A stretch of DNA of 54,568 bases from Minisyncoccota bacterium (GTDB lineage Bacteria > Patescibacteriota > Minisyncoccia > Phycocordibacterales > XYD1-FULL-46-19), in the NCBI GenBank assembly GCA_040879645.1, contig JBBDJY010000001.1:1-54568 (forward strand). The letters run 5' to 3'. Position numbers and translations under genes: made by a program. The stretch's first letter is position 1; each line of letters begins with the position of its first letter. The notes under the pieces were generated by a model. That model did not search any database, had not been told where the DNA came from, and saw only the letters and a program-made list of their open reading frames with translations. Of this stretch, positions 27,794-37,891 are shown piece by piece.

Positions 27794-28987
27794 ATGGCAG
27801 ACAAATTTGATCGCAGTAAGCCGCATGTTAATGTCGGCACCATCGGCCACGTTGATCACGGTAAAACAACCTTGACGGCGGCTATTCTCAATTCTCTTCA
27901 TGTATCGGGTAAAACCGTCAAAATGAGGGGGATTGATGAAATTGACAACGCTCCTGAGGAAAAGCAACGGGGGATTACCATTGCTTTGTCTCATCAGGAA
28001 TACGAAACCGATAAGCGGCACTATGCCCACATTGATGCTCCGGGACATGCCGACTATATTAAAAATATGATTACCGGCGCCGCCCAAATGGACGGAGCGA
28101 TTTTGGTGGTGGCCGCCACTGACGGCTTAATGCCGCAAACGCGCGAGCACGTTCTCTTGGCTCGCCAAGTCGGTGTCCCGAAAATCGTTGTCTTTATTAA
28201 TAAGGTTGATATGGTTGATGATCCGGAATTGATTGACTTGGTGGAAGAGGAAATTAAGGATTTGCTTGATAAATACGAATACGATGGCAAAAATGTCCCG
28301 ATTATCCGTGGTTCGGCCCTTAAGGCCTTGGAAGCCAAGACTGCCGATGATGAGAATGTCAAACAAGTTTTGGCCTTACTGCAGTCACTGGATGATTATA
28401 TTCCGGATCCGGCCCGCGAAATTGATAAGCCGTTTTTGATGCCGGTGGAAGATGTTTTCTCAATTGAAGGTCGCGGAACGGTAGTGACCGGTCGGATTGA
28501 ACGAGGTAAGGTTAAAGTCGGTGAGGAAGTCGAAATTGTCGGTATTTCCCCGACGGCTAAAACCACGGTGACCGGGATTGAAATGTTCAATAAGTCCTTG
28601 GATGAAGGGATGGCCGGTGATAATGCCGGTATTCTCTTGCGGGGCTTGAAAAAAGACGATGTTACCCGCGGTCAAGTTTTGGCCAAGCCCGGCTCAGTGA
28701 CCCCGCATACCGACTTTGAAGCCGAGGTTTATATTTTGAGTAAAGAGGAAGGTGGTCGTCACACTCCGTTCTTTACCGGCTATAAACCACAATTCTACAT
28801 TCGGACCACCGATGTGACCGGCGAAGTTACTTTGGCTGAAGATGTCAAAATGGTTATGCCCGGTGATACCGTTACTTTTAAGGCGAAATTGGTTAACCCG
28901 GTGGCCTTGGAAGAAAAACAACGTTTTGCCATTCGTGAAGGCGGCAAGACGGTCGGGGCCGGAGTTGTTGTTAAAATCACCGCTTAA
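27794..28987 (+). CDS. tuf: Elongation factor Tu
   Basis: [28 protein letters not shown]. Confidence 0.99.
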   Translation: MADKFDRSKPHVNVGTIGHVDHGKTTLTAAILNSLHVSGKTVKMRGIDEIDNAPEEKQRGITIALSHQEYETDKRHYAHIDAPGHADYIKNMITGAAQMDGAILVVAATDGLMPQTREHVLLARQVGVPKIVVFINKVDMVDDPELIDLVEEEIKDLLDKYEYDGKNVPIIRGSALKALEAKTADDENVKQVLALLQSLDDYIPDPAREIDKPFLMPVEDVFSIEGRGTVVTGRIERGKVKVGEEVEIVGISPTAKTTVTGIEMFNKSLDEGMAGDNAGILLRGLKKDDVTRGQVLAKPGSVTPHTDFEAEVYILSKEEGGRHTPFFTGYKPQFYIRTTDVTGEVTLAEDVKMVMPGDTVTFKAKLVNPVALEEKQRFAIREGGKTVGAGVVVKITA

Positions 28988-28998
28988 ACCTCAAATAA

Positions 28999-29361
28999 AT
29001 GCCCGCTAAAAGTAAAATCAAAAAAGACGCCAAGAAAGAAGAAGTGGCCGGTGATATGCAAAAATTGCGTATTCGCGTATCCGCTTATGAGAACAAAGTT
29101 CTGGATGCCAGTGTCAAACAAATCGTTGATACGGCCATTCGTTACGATGCGGAAGTCAAAGGCCCGATTCCTTTACCGACCGGCATAAAAAAATATACGG
29201 TTAATCGCAGTTCTTTTATTGACAAAAATTCTCGCGAGCAATTTGAGATGCGGATTCACAAGCGCTTGGTGGATATCATCAATCCGGCGCCGAAAATCAT
29301 TGATAGTCTGACCAATCTTAATTTGCCGGCCGGCGTCAATATTGATGTCAAAATGATGTAG
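28999..29361 (+). CDS. rpsJ: 30S ribosomal protein S10
   Basis: GPIPLPT, SREQFEMRIHKRL. Confidence 0.98.
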   Translation: MPAKSKIKKDAKKEEVAGDMQKLRIRVSAYENKVLDASVKQIVDTAIRYDAEVKGPIPLPTGIKKYTVNRSSFIDKNSREQFEMRIHKRLVDIINPAPKIIDSLTNLNLPAGVNIDVKMM

Positions 29362-29384
29362 TGGCCGGCTGACTGATAATCACC

Positions 29385-30023
29385 ATGAAATTTACCCTGG
29401 GAATAAAAAAGAGCATGACTCAAGTCTTTAACGAAGCCGGCCAAGCGATACCGGGCACGGTTATTGTTTGCGGTCCGGTTGTTGTGACTCAAGTCAAAAC
29501 CAAAGCGACTGACGGCTATGAAGCCATTCAGGTTGGTTTTGTCTCGAAGAAAGCCAAGCAGGCCGGTAAGCCCGAATTGGGTCACATTAAAAAAGCCAAA
29601 CTGGCTAAAGACGAGCCGGTAGCCTTTCGTTACTTGCGAGAATTTCGGTTGGCCCCAGGTAAAGCTAAAGACTTTTCCGTCGGTCAAGTGATTGATTTGT
29701 CGTCATTTGCCGAAGGCGATAAGGTAATGGTCAGTGGTTTGTCTAAGGGTAAGGGTTTTCAGGGGGTGGTTAAACGCCATGGTTTTGCCGGTGGTCCGCG
29801 GACTCACGGCCAGAAGCACTCTGAACGCGAGCCCGGATCGATTGGCTCAACCGGTCCTCAGCGGGTAATGAAAGGCAAAAGAATGGCCGGTCGGATGGGT
29901 TTTGACCGAATTACGGTTAAAAATTTAAAAATTGCCCAAATCAATCAGGCCGCCGGTGAATTATTTGTTAAAGGAGCGGTTCCCGGCCGACCGGGAACTT
30001 TACTGGAAATAGTCAGCCGATAA
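29385..30023 (+). CDS. rplC: 50S ribosomal protein L3
   Basis: SKGKGFQGVVKRH, PGSIG, MAGRMG. Confidence 0.98.
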   Translation: MKFTLGIKKSMTQVFNEAGQAIPGTVIVCGPVVVTQVKTKATDGYEAIQVGFVSKKAKQAGKPELGHIKKAKLAKDEPVAFRYLREFRLAPGKAKDFSVGQVIDLSSFAEGDKVMVSGLSKGKGFQGVVKRHGFAGGPRTHGQKHSEREPGSIGSTGPQRVMKGKRMAGRMGFDRITVKNLKIAQINQAAGELFVKGAVPGRPGTLLEIVSR

Positions 30024-30065
30024 GGTTATTTGCTCTCAAGCGGCAAAAATGCTAGTAATCAGCTT

Positions 30066-30782
30066 ATGGACGCAATTATCTACAATCAACAAGGTAAAGA
30101 ATCAGAACGGTTTCCCTTGCCGGAAGAATTTTTTGCTTTACCGTGGAATGCTGACCTCGTTCATCAAGTTGTGACCGTGATGGCCGCCAACGGGCGGCAA
30201 AATTCGGCTTATGCCAAAGATCGGAGCGCGGTTTCCGGCGGCGGGGCCAAACCGTGGCGACAAAAGGGCACCGGTCGAGCTCGCCATGGTTCGTCCCGAT
30301 CACCGATTTGGTCCGGTGGCGGTGTCACTCATGGTCCGACTCGCTTGCGGGATTACCGTCGGAATTTAACCAAAAAAATGCGGGCCAAGGCTTTATTTAC
30401 CTTATTGTCTCAAAAGTGGCGGGACAATGAAATTTTGCTGGCCCAGCGTCCGGAATTGTCGGAACCGAAAACCAAAACCGCGCAAACTTTTATTGATAAA
30501 TTGGCGGCCATTCCCGGTTTTGCCCCGCTAAATTACCGGACCGGCAAGCGGGCTTTATTTATTTATGCCGAAGATGGTGATGCTATCAGGCGGAGTTTTG
30601 CTAATATCCCCCAAGTGGCGGTGGCTTTGGCCCGCGATGTTAGTCTGCTCGACGTTATCAATTACCGTTTTATTGTTTTGTTGGAACCGGCTAAGATTGT
30701 CGACGCTTTGTCTGTCCGCGCTCGTCATCAAGGGTCGGCGACCAAACCGCCAGCCAAAAAAACTTTAACTGCCGTTAAATAA
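30066..30782 (+). CDS. rplD: 50S ribosomal protein L4
   Basis: KPWRQKGTGRARHGS. Confidence 0.97.
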   Translation: MDAIIYNQQGKESERFPLPEEFFALPWNADLVHQVVTVMAANGRQNSAYAKDRSAVSGGGAKPWRQKGTGRARHGSSRSPIWSGGGVTHGPTRLRDYRRNLTKKMRAKALFTLLSQKWRDNEILLAQRPELSEPKTKTAQTFIDKLAAIPGFAPLNYRTGKRALFIYAEDGDAIRRSFANIPQVAVALARDVSLLDVINYRFIVLLEPAKIVDALSVRARHQGSATKPPAKKTLTAVK

Positions 30783-30783
30783 T

Positions 30784-31089
30784 ATGTCACGCCTGGGAAA
30801 TAAATTAAATATCGGCAAGATTATCTTGCGCCAACCGCGGATTACGGAAAAAGCCACCTTGTTGTCGAGTCGGGAAAAACCGGTTTATACTTTTACCGTT
30901 CCACCGGAAGCTAATAAAACCATGATTAAGCAAGCGGTGATTGAGCGTTTTAAAGTAACGCCGGTTAAAATATCAATTGTTAATTTACCGCCTAAGCGTA
31001 AAACTGTCCGGCGGGTACCCGGTGTTCGATCGGGAATTAAAAAAGCGCTGGTCTATTTAACCCCCGGTCAGACTATTGATGCCCTCTAA
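30784..31089 (+). CDS. rplW: 50S ribosomal protein L23
   Basis: PRITEKA, ANK..IK.AV, KKALV. Confidence 0.95.
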   Translation: MSRLGNKLNIGKIILRQPRITEKATLLSSREKPVYTFTVPPEANKTMIKQAVIERFKVTPVKISIVNLPPKRKTVRRVPGVRSGIKKALVYLTPGQTIDAL

Positions 31090-31094
31090 ATAAT

Positions 31095-31937
31095 ATGAAA
31101 ATCCACAAACCGACAACTCCCGGCCGTCGCGGCCTACGGACCGTAAATTACCGCCAACTTTTGACGGTTGATACACCCCTTAAGTCTTTAACCAAAGGCG
31201 GCAAACGAGCGGTCGGCCGGAATAGCCAAGGCCGGATTACTACTCGTCACAAAGGCGGGGGGCACAAGCGACGCTTCCGGGCGATTGATTTTAAATATGA
31301 TAAAAAGGATATTCCGGCCAAGGTTGAGAGTGTTGAATATGACCCCAATCGTTCCGGTTTTATCGGTCTTGTTTGTTACGCTGATGGCGAACGTCGTTAT
31401 GTTCTTTTACCGCAAAAGCTGAAAGTCGGCGACCGACTGACAGTGAGTGATCAGGCCGAGGTTAAAGTCGGTAATCGTCTACCCTTGGCTAAAATCAGTT
31501 CCGGTACTTTTGTTTATAATATCGAGACTCGACCCGAGGCTGGTGCCAAATTAGTTCGTTCGGCCGGTGTCGGCGCCGAAGTTTTGTCTAATGACTCCGG
31601 TTATACGATACTTAAATTGCCGTCCGGCGAGATTCGCAAAATTAACGATAAAGCCTGGGCTTCCGTTGGGGCCGTGTCCAATGAAGAATATCGCTTAATT
31701 AATCGCGGTAAGGCCGGTCGTTCTCGCTGGCTCGGTATTCGGCCAACAGTCCGAGGTAGTGCGATGAATCCGGTTGATCACCCACATGGTGGTGGCGAGG
31801 GCCGGCAGGGTATCGGTTTGCGCCGAGGGCCGAAAACGCGTCAGGGTAAACAGGCCTATGGTGTCAAAACCCGCCGGTCTAAGAAATACTCCAATAAATT
31901 AATCGTTGCCGATCGGCGCAAAACGCGGCGCAAATAA
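31095..31937 (+). CDS. rplB: 50S ribosomal protein L2
   Basis: EYDPNRS, RGSAMNPVDHPHGGGEG. Confidence 0.99.
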   Translation: MKIHKPTTPGRRGLRTVNYRQLLTVDTPLKSLTKGGKRAVGRNSQGRITTRHKGGGHKRRFRAIDFKYDKKDIPAKVESVEYDPNRSGFIGLVCYADGERRYVLLPQKLKVGDRLTVSDQAEVKVGNRLPLAKISSGTFVYNIETRPEAGAKLVRSAGVGAEVLSNDSGYTILKLPSGEIRKINDKAWASVGAVSNEEYRLINRGKAGRSRWLGIRPTVRGSAMNPVDHPHGGGEGRQGIGLRRGPKTRQGKQAYGVKTRRSKKYSNKLIVADRRKTRRK

Positions 31938-31946
31938 GCGGCTTAA

Positions 31947-31974
31947 TTGACAATTAGCCTATATTTGGTAGTAT
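31947..31974 (+). promoter_or_regulatory. Internal sigma70 promoter before rpsS
   Basis: TTGACA-N16-TAGTAT with TGn, in a 110-bp gap. Confidence 0.55.
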
Positions 31975-32047
31975 GTTCTAGGCTCTGCTTGAGCTTTTGT
32001 TTTTTGATTATCAATTATTTTATCGGTCGTTTTGTCCGACCACTAGT

Positions 32048-32398
32048 ATGTCTCGTTCGCTTAAAAAAGGTCCCTTTGTGGATGAAAAATTGCTGAAAAA
32101 AGTTCTGGATCAGAAACCGGGCAGTGCCGGCGTGATTAAAACTTGGGCTCGGCGAAGTCAAATCAGTCCGGAAATGGTCGGCTTTACTTTCGGTGTCCAT
32201 AATGGCCGTCAGCACATTGAAGTATTTGTGACCGAAGAAATGGTTGGACATCGCCTGGGTGAATTTTCGCCCACTCGTAAATTTATCCGTCATGGCGGTA
32301 AAATGCAGAAAGAATTGGAGCAAAAGAAACGGGATGCCGAAATTGCCGCCGCCAAGGCCGCCAAAACTAAAGATGCCACCGCCGGCAAAAAGAAATAA
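32048..32398 (+). CDS. rpsS: 30S ribosomal protein S19 (C-terminal extension)
   Basis: [23 protein letters not shown]. Confidence 0.98.
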   Translation: MSRSLKKGPFVDEKLLKKVLDQKPGSAGVIKTWARRSQISPEMVGFTFGVHNGRQHIEVFVTEEMVGHRLGEFSPTRKFIRHGGKMQKELEQKKRDAEIAAAKAAKTKDATAGKKK

Positions 32399-32401
32399 AA
32401 T

Positions 32402-32743
32402 ATGAAAGCTTCTCTTATTAATTTTCGTCAACCACCCCGCAAAGTCAGATTAGTCGCTGACTATCTTCGAGGTAAAACAATTAAGCAGGCTTTGGCCGAG
32501 CTTGATTTTATTGGTAAAAAATCCAGTTTAGCGATTAAAAAACTTATCTCGGCGGCGGTGGCCAATGCCGAGAATAATTTTCAAATTAGTCGGGACAAGT
32601 TATTTATTAAAGATTTGCGGGTTGATAAGGGTTTGGTCATTCAGCGTTTTATGCCGCGAGCTCGCGGCCGGGCCACCCCTCTCCGTCACCGCACCAGCCA
32701 CATCAAGGTTGAATTGGCGGAATTAACCACTACCGGTAAATAA
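32402..32743 (+). CDS. rplV: 50S ribosomal protein L22
   Basis: PRKVRLVAD, PRARGRA, TSHI. Confidence 0.97.
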   Translation: MKASLINFRQPPRKVRLVADYLRGKTIKQALAELDFIGKKSSLAIKKLISAAVANAENNFQISRDKLFIKDLRVDKGLVIQRFMPRARGRATPLRHRTSHIKVELAELTTTGK

Positions 32744-32752
32744 TAAGACAAT

Positions 32753-33418
32753 ATGACTCATACCGTTCATCCATATTCGCATCGCTTGGGCATTATTCGA
32801 GATTGGAAATCTCGCTGGTTTGGTGCCAAGGGTAAATATCAAGACTATTTAAAGGTTGATATTTTACTGCGAGAATATCTGGAAAAGCGGTTACGCGGTT
32901 TTTATGTCAATTCGATTGAAATGGAGCGAGGTGAAAATGCTTACCGGATTATCATCAAGACTTCGCGGCCGGGTATGATTATCGGCCGAAGTGGCGAAGG
33001 GGTATCTCGCCTGAAGAGTGATTTGATAAAAAAGATTAACAAAATTGGTGGTGACAAACCCAAAGAAATTAAAGTTGATATTGAAGAAGTTAAAGATCCG
33101 GAATCACAAGCGGCGATTGTTGCTTATATGATTGCCGAGGGTTTGGAAAAGCGCATGCCTTTTCGGCGGGTGGTCAAGCAAACCATTGAGAAGGTGATGG
33201 CCAATAAAAATGTTTTGGGCGTAAAAGTCACTTTGGGCGGTCGCCTAGGCGGCGCCGAAATGGGCCGAACCGAGACGATGAAGCAAGGCCGAGTTCCGCT
33301 TCAAACCTTGCGGGCCGATATTGATTTTGCTCGGGAAAAAGGCTTTTTGCCTTACGGCGTTGTTGGCATTAAGGTTTGGATTTATCGCGGAGACATTTTT
33401 GATACTGATAAACAATAA
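32753..33418 (+). CDS. rpsC: 30S ribosomal protein S3
   Basis: RPGMIIG, GRLGGAEM, PLQTLRADID, GIKVWI. Confidence 0.98.
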   Translation: MTHTVHPYSHRLGIIRDWKSRWFGAKGKYQDYLKVDILLREYLEKRLRGFYVNSIEMERGENAYRIIIKTSRPGMIIGRSGEGVSRLKSDLIKKINKIGGDKPKEIKVDIEEVKDPESQAAIVAYMIAEGLEKRMPFRRVVKQTIEKVMANKNVLGVKVTLGGRLGGAEMGRTETMKQGRVPLQTLRADIDFAREKGFLPYGVVGIKVWIYRGDIFDTDKQ

Positions 33419-33424
33419 AATAAT

Positions 33425-33844
33425 ATGGCTCTTTTTCCTAAAAAAGTTAAATTCCGCAAATGGCAGACCGCTCGAGTTAACCCGAATAAAAAGACGGTGG
33501 CCACTCGGGGGGTTAATCTCGACTTCGGTTCTTTCGGCCTGAAGGCCCAAACCGCCGGCCGGATTCGCGCCAATCAGATTGAAGCCGCCCGGAAGACCAT
33601 TTCCCGGCAAATGCAGAAAAAGGGCAAGATTTGGATTAGAATTTTCCCCGATCGGCCGTTTACTGCTAAAGCGGCGGAAGTCGGTATGGGTAAAGGCAAG
33701 GGTGATCCTCAAGGCTATGAAGCGATTGTTAAGCCGGGGCGGATTATTTTTGAACTTGATGGCTTGACTGAAGAAGTTTCTCGGGAGGCTCTGCGCAAAG
33801 CCGGCGCCAAGTTGCCGATTAAGACTAAAATTATCTTTCGCTAA
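33425..33844 (+). CDS. rplP: 50S ribosomal protein L16
   Basis: QIEAAR, WIRIFPD, MGKGKG. Confidence 0.98.
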   Translation: MALFPKKVKFRKWQTARVNPNKKTVATRGVNLDFGSFGLKAQTAGRIRANQIEAARKTISRQMQKKGKIWIRIFPDRPFTAKAAEVGMGKGKGDPQGYEAIVKPGRIIFELDGLTEEVSREALRKAGAKLPIKTKIIFR

Positions 33845-33849
33845 TTATT

Positions 33850-34050
33850 ATGAAAAAAGTTACTTATGCCGACAAAGGAATAAAGGACTTACGCAAGCTT
33901 TTGACAGACAAGCGGAAAGCTTTGCGTGATTTCTATTTCGGTTTGGCCGGTGGTAAGGTGACTAATGTCAAGTCTGGGCGCAATTTGCGTAAAGAGATTG
34001 CCCGAATTATGACCCGGTTGCGCGAATTGGTCGAAGAGGGTAAAGTATAA
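33850..34050 (+). CDS. rpmC: 50S ribosomal protein L29
   Basis: RKEIARIMT; position in operon. Confidence 0.93.
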   Translation: MKKVTYADKGIKDLRKLLTDKRKALRDFYFGLAGGKVTNVKSGRNLRKEIARIMTRLRELVEEGKV

Positions 34051-34054
34051 AACT

Positions 34055-34303
34055 ATGACTGAAAATACCAACAAAAAAGCCCGAACTTTGGAGGGAACGG
34101 TCGTTTCCGACAAAATGGATAAAACGGTGGTGGTTAGCGTCATCAGGATGTTTAAACATCCTAAATACGGCAAATATATTCGCTCGGCCAAAAAGTACAA
34201 GGCTCATGACGCTCTAAATCAGTATCGAGTCGGTGATACCGTTTTAATTGCCGAGACCAAACCGATTTCCAAAGACAAGACTTTTAAGGTGATTAAGAAA
34301 TAA
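34055..34303 (+). CDS. rpsQ: 30S ribosomal protein S17
   Basis: [25 protein letters not shown]. Confidence 0.98.
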   Translation: MTENTNKKARTLEGTVVSDKMDKTVVVSVIRMFKHPKYGKYIRSAKKYKAHDALNQYRVGDTVLIAETKPISKDKTFKVIKK

Positions 34304-34304
34304 T

Positions 34305-34676
34305 ATGGTTCAACCGCAAACAATAGTTAAAATTGCCGACAATACCGGAGCTAAAATCGGGCGGGTGTTTAAGGTGTTGGGCGGTTCTAAACGTCGTTAT
34401 GCCGAAATCGGCGACACGGTTATTTTGTCGGTTCAGTCGGCTGAACCGCGGAAAGCGACCAAGAAAAAAGATATTGTTTGCGGAGTGGTGGTCAGACAGA
34501 AAAAGCCTTTTCGCCGAATTGATGGTTCCTATATCCGGTTTGATGAAAATGCCGTTGTCATTATCGAAAAAGGCAAATTAGAACCGAGGGGCGGACGCAT
34601 CTTCGGCCCGATTCCGCGGGAAATCGCCGAAAAAGGTTATCAGAAAATTGCCTCTTTAGCGCCGGAAGTTGTTTAG
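34305..34676 (+). CDS. rplN: 50S ribosomal protein L14
   Basis: ADNTGAK, RFDENA, RIFGP, SLAPEV. Confidence 0.98.
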   Translation: MVQPQTIVKIADNTGAKIGRVFKVLGGSKRRYAEIGDTVILSVQSAEPRKATKKKDIVCGVVVRQKKPFRRIDGSYIRFDENAVVIIEKGKLEPRGGRIFGPIPREIAEKGYQKIASLAPEVV

Positions 34677-34680
34677 TTAT

Positions 34681-34986
34681 ATGAAAATAAAAAAAGGAGA
34701 CAATGTAATAATTATCGCCGGCAAGGACAAAGGCAAAAAGGGCAAAGTTTCCTTGGTTTTACGGGAGACTGATCGTTTGGCGGTATCGGATGCCAACTTG
34801 GCCACCCGTCGGCTTCGGCCGAAAAAAAGCGGCGCCAAGGGTCAGATTGCCAAAGTCGCGATACCGCTTCATCGGTCAAATGTGATGCTTTTTTGCACCA
34901 AGTGCAATCAAGGAACGCGGATGAAGAGCGTGGTTAAAAAAGACCAAAAAAAGCGTGCCTGCGTTAAGTGTGAACAAGAATTATGA
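34681..34986 (+). CDS. rplX: 50S ribosomal protein L24
   Basis: KKGDNV..IAGKDKGK, HRSNV. Confidence 0.96.
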   Translation: MKIKKGDNVIIIAGKDKGKKGKVSLVLRETDRLAVSDANLATRRLRPKKSGAKGQIAKVAIPLHRSNVMLFCTKCNQGTRMKSVVKKDQKKRACVKCEQEL

Positions 34987-35525
34987 TTCAAGCCATTAAA
35001 GAAAAAATTCAAACCAAGTTACCCGACATTAAAAAGAGTTTGGGCTTTAAAAATGACCTGGAGGCGCCGAGAATCGTTAAGGTCATTATCAGTTCCGGTA
35101 CCGGTAAGGCGGCCGACAAAGCGCGTAATGAATTGATTATTGATCGCTTGGGCAAAATCGCCGGCCAAAAACCGGTGGCTCGTGGCGCTAAAAAATCAAT
35201 TGCCAGTTTCAAGGTTAGGCAAGGTGACATTGTCGGTGTTTCGGTCACTTTGCGCGGTGATCGGATGTATGGTTTTTTGAATAAATTGATCAATACCGCC
35301 ATTCCCCGGACGCGTGATTTCAAGGGCTTTGCCACTTCCTCGATTGATGATATGGGTAATTTGACCATCGGTATCAATGAACATACTATTTTTCCGGAAA
35401 CCGCCGATGAAGATATTCGTGATATTTTCGGCTTGTCGGTAACGATTGTTACCACCGCGCGGACTAAAGAAGCCGCCAGAGCTTTGTTTGAGGCGATGGA
35501 GTTTCCTTTTTCCAAAGAGGGGTAG
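34983..35525 (+). CDS. rplE: 50S ribosomal protein L5
   Basis: GQKP, SIASFKVR, VTLRG, PRTRDFKG. Confidence 0.98.
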   Translation: MIQAIKEKIQTKLPDIKKSLGFKNDLEAPRIVKVIISSGTGKAADKARNELIIDRLGKIAGQKPVARGAKKSIASFKVRQGDIVGVSVTLRGDRMYGFLNKLINTAIPRTRDFKGFATSSIDDMGNLTIGINEHTIFPETADEDIRDIFGLSVTIVTTARTKEAARALFEAMEFPFSKEG

Positions 35526-35662
35526 CCAAAACACATTAATTATCAGGCCCAGACCCCCACCCAACCGCCTGCTAATTAATGTGTTTTGGCTTGGAAAGCA
35601 GAATGGAGGACCCAGACCTAAACCCAACCATCCGCTAATTAGCATTACTTGGCTTGAAAAGC
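35524..35662. repeat. Long hairpin plus 52-bp direct repeat in the rplE-rpsN spacer
   Basis: Arms 35524-35548 / 35567-35591; copies 35548-35599 and 35611-35662 (39/52 identical by hand count). Confidence 0.8.
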
Positions 35663-35713
35663 GTTTTTTGGACGTTGAGTGTCTAAAATGTCCAAACGGA
35701 ACTATCGGGATGG

Positions 35714-35742
35714 TTGACATTAGGGTCTTCACTTGTTAGGAT
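35714..35742 (+). promoter_or_regulatory. Internal sigma70 promoter before rpsN
   Basis: TTGACA-N17-TAGGAT with TGn extension. Confidence 0.65.
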
Positions 35743-35803
35743 ATATCTGGCTCATTTGAGCTGTTTTTTGAATGTTAGTGTGTAATCAGAACGAGAATTA
35801 ATA

Positions 35804-35989
35804 ATGGCGAAGAAATCAATTATTGCCCGGTCGCAAAAAAAGCCGAAATTTAAATCGCGAGTTGTTCGCCGATGTTTTCGTTGCGGACGAAAGCATGGCT
35901 ATATGCGGGACTTTGATCTTTGCCGTATCTGTTTTCGGGAATTCGCCAATGACGGCAAAATTCCCGGTATTAAGAAATCATCATGGTAA
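35804..35989 (+). CDS. rpsN: 30S ribosomal protein S14 (zinc-binding type Z)
   Basis: 61 aa, [14 protein letters not shown]. Confidence 0.97.
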   Translation: MAKKSIIARSQKKPKFKSRVVRRCFRCGRKHGYMRDFDLCRICFREFANDGKIPGIKKSSW

Positions 35990-36378
35990 CCGATCCAATC
36001 GCCGACATGCTTATTCAGTTGAAGAATGCCGCCATGGCCGGAAAGCCGACGGTGGCTATTCCTCATTCTCAATTAAAAATGTCTATTGCCAAATTACTTC
36101 GGCGCGAAGGCTACTTGCTTGATGTTGCCAAGCGTGGCAAAAAAGTTGGTAAAGTTATCGTCATGACCTTGGCGACTTCTCCTACCGGTAATCGGAAATT
36201 GATTCAAGTCAAGCGTGTTTCCAAGCCGTCCAAGCGGATTTACCAAGGTTTTGAGGCGATTAAACAGGTTAAGCAGGGTCAAGGTTTGTCGATTATTTCT
36301 ACTCCCCGAGGTTTATTAACCGACCGCGAAGCCAAAAGAGAAAAAGTCGGCGGTGAAGTTTTATTTTCTATCTGGTAA
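35983..36378 (+). CDS. rpsH: 30S ribosomal protein S8
   Basis: [25 protein letters not shown]. Confidence 0.98.
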   Translation: MVTDPIADMLIQLKNAAMAGKPTVAIPHSQLKMSIAKLLRREGYLLDVAKRGKKVGKVIVMTLATSPTGNRKLIQVKRVSKPSKRIYQGFEAIKQVKQGQGLSIISTPRGLLTDREAKREKVGGEVLFSIW

Positions 36379-36384
36379 GTTATT

Positions 36385-36924
36385 ATGTCACGAGTCGGTA
36401 AACAAATTTTAACCATTCCCAAACAAACCGAAGTCAATCTGGCTGACGGTGTCTTAACGGTTAAGGGCCCGAAGGGTGTTTTAACCAGGCCGTTTAAAAC
36501 CGATATTGTTGCTATTATGATTGACGGCGACAAAGTTTCTTTCCAGCCGGTAGCCGAGAATCCGGCGGCCAAGGCGCTGTGGGGAACTTATGCCTCTCAT
36601 GTTGACAATATGTTGACTGGCGTCACCGAGGGTTACGTCAAAAAGTTAATTATTGAAGGGGTCGGTTTCAAGGCCGCCTTAAAGGGTCAGGAATTGGAAT
36701 TGGATCTTGGTTTTTCGCATAAAGTAGTGATGCCGGTACCGGCTGATCTTGAGGTTTCGGTCGAAAAAAATGTTATTACCGTTTCCGGTTACAACAAAGA
36801 ATCGGTTGGCGAATTTGCCGCTCGGATTCGGGCGCATAAGAAAACCGAGCCGTATAAAGGCAAGGGGATTCGCTATGAGGACGAAGTTGTTCGGCGGAAA
36901 CAAGGTAAGAAAACCGTCGGTTAA
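36385..36924 (+). CDS. rplF: 50S ribosomal protein L6
   Basis: MSRVGK, EPYKGKGIRY. Confidence 0.98.
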   Translation: MSRVGKQILTIPKQTEVNLADGVLTVKGPKGVLTRPFKTDIVAIMIDGDKVSFQPVAENPAAKALWGTYASHVDNMLTGVTEGYVKKLIIEGVGFKAALKGQELELDLGFSHKVVMPVPADLEVSVEKNVITVSGYNKESVGEFAARIRAHKKTEPYKGKGIRYEDEVVRRKQGKKTVG

Positions 36925-36927
36925 AAT

Positions 36928-37296
36928 ATGAAAAATTCCCGCCTAAAACTAAATTCTCGGCAAAAGCGTCATCGTCGCGTTCGCGCCAAGGTTAAAGGGA
37001 CGGCCGAGCGTCCTCGGTTGTCGGTTTTTCGGTCCAATAAATATATCTATGCCGCTTTAATTGATGATTTATCTGCTCGAACGTTAGTTTCCGCCAATAG
37101 TCGCCAATTGCCGGCCGGTCACCAAACCGATGACCTAGCCAAAGTCGCCGATGCTTCGGCAGTTGGTCGGTTGCTCGCCGACAAAGCTAAAAAGCAGAAA
37201 ATTAGCCAAGCCGTTTTTGATCGGAGTGGTTATTTATACACCGGTCGAATTATGGCCGTGGCCGAAGGGGCCCGAACCGGCGGTTTGAAGTTTTAA
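36928..37296 (+). CDS. rplR: 50S ribosomal protein L18
   Basis: RPRLSVFRSN, FDRSGYLYTGR. Confidence 0.97.
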   Translation: MKNSRLKLNSRQKRHRRVRAKVKGTAERPRLSVFRSNKYIYAALIDDLSARTLVSANSRQLPAGHQTDDLAKVADASAVGRLLADKAKKQKISQAVFDRSGYLYTGRIMAVAEGARTGGLKF

Positions 37297-37311
37297 TCCC
37301 AGTTTTAATCT

Positions 37312-37890
37312 ATGGAAAATACCAAAAACAAAAAAGAATTTCGTCGGCCGGGTGGCCGTCGGCCGGAACGAGTTAAGCCCGACTTTGAACACAAGGTGAT
37401 TGATGTGCGTCGAGTTACCCGGGTTGTTTCCGGTGGCCGTCGTTTCTCTTTTTCGGTGGTGGTGGTGGCCGGCGACCGCAAAGGTAAAATTGGCGTCGGT
37501 ATCGGTAAGGCGAGCGATACGGCTTTGGCGATTGATAAGGCTTTAAATGACGCTCGGAAGAATATGATCAAATTAACTTTGACGGATAATTCATCTATTC
37601 CCCACGAAGCGGAAGTAAAGTACAATGCTTCCCGTTTGCGTTTGTCGCCGTCTCCGGGACGGGGGTTGGTGGCCGGCAGTTCGGCTCGAGTGGTTTTTGA
37701 TTTAGCCGGCTTAAACGACTTAAATGCCAAATTTTCTTCACGGACTAAAAATAAGCTTAATAATGCTCGGGCGGCGATTAAGGCTTTGCGTATTTTCGCT
37801 ATACCGGTTACGCCGATGGTTGACGGCGCTACCAATAAACCGTCGGCCGTTAAAACCGATCGGGTCAAGCCGTCGGTAGCTGTTAAATAA
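37312..37890 (+). CDS. rpsE: 30S ribosomal protein S5
   Basis: RVTRVVSGGRRFSF, G.GKA. Confidence 0.97.
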   Translation: MENTKNKKEFRRPGGRRPERVKPDFEHKVIDVRRVTRVVSGGRRFSFSVVVVAGDRKGKIGVGIGKASDTALAIDKALNDARKNMIKLTLTDNSSIPHEAEVKYNASRLRLSPSPGRGLVAGSSARVVFDLAGLNDLNAKFSSRTKNKLNNARAAIKALRIFAIPVTPMVDGATNKPSAVKTDRVKPSVAVK

Positions 37891-37891
37891 T

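Noticed and set aside
23083-28980. Many alternative-frame and antisense ORFs in fusA and tuf
   Set aside because: Typical shadows of conserved genes
35196-35739. ORFs across the rplE-rpsN spacer
   Set aside because: They overlap rplE; the repeated peptide only reflects the 63-bp DNA periodicity
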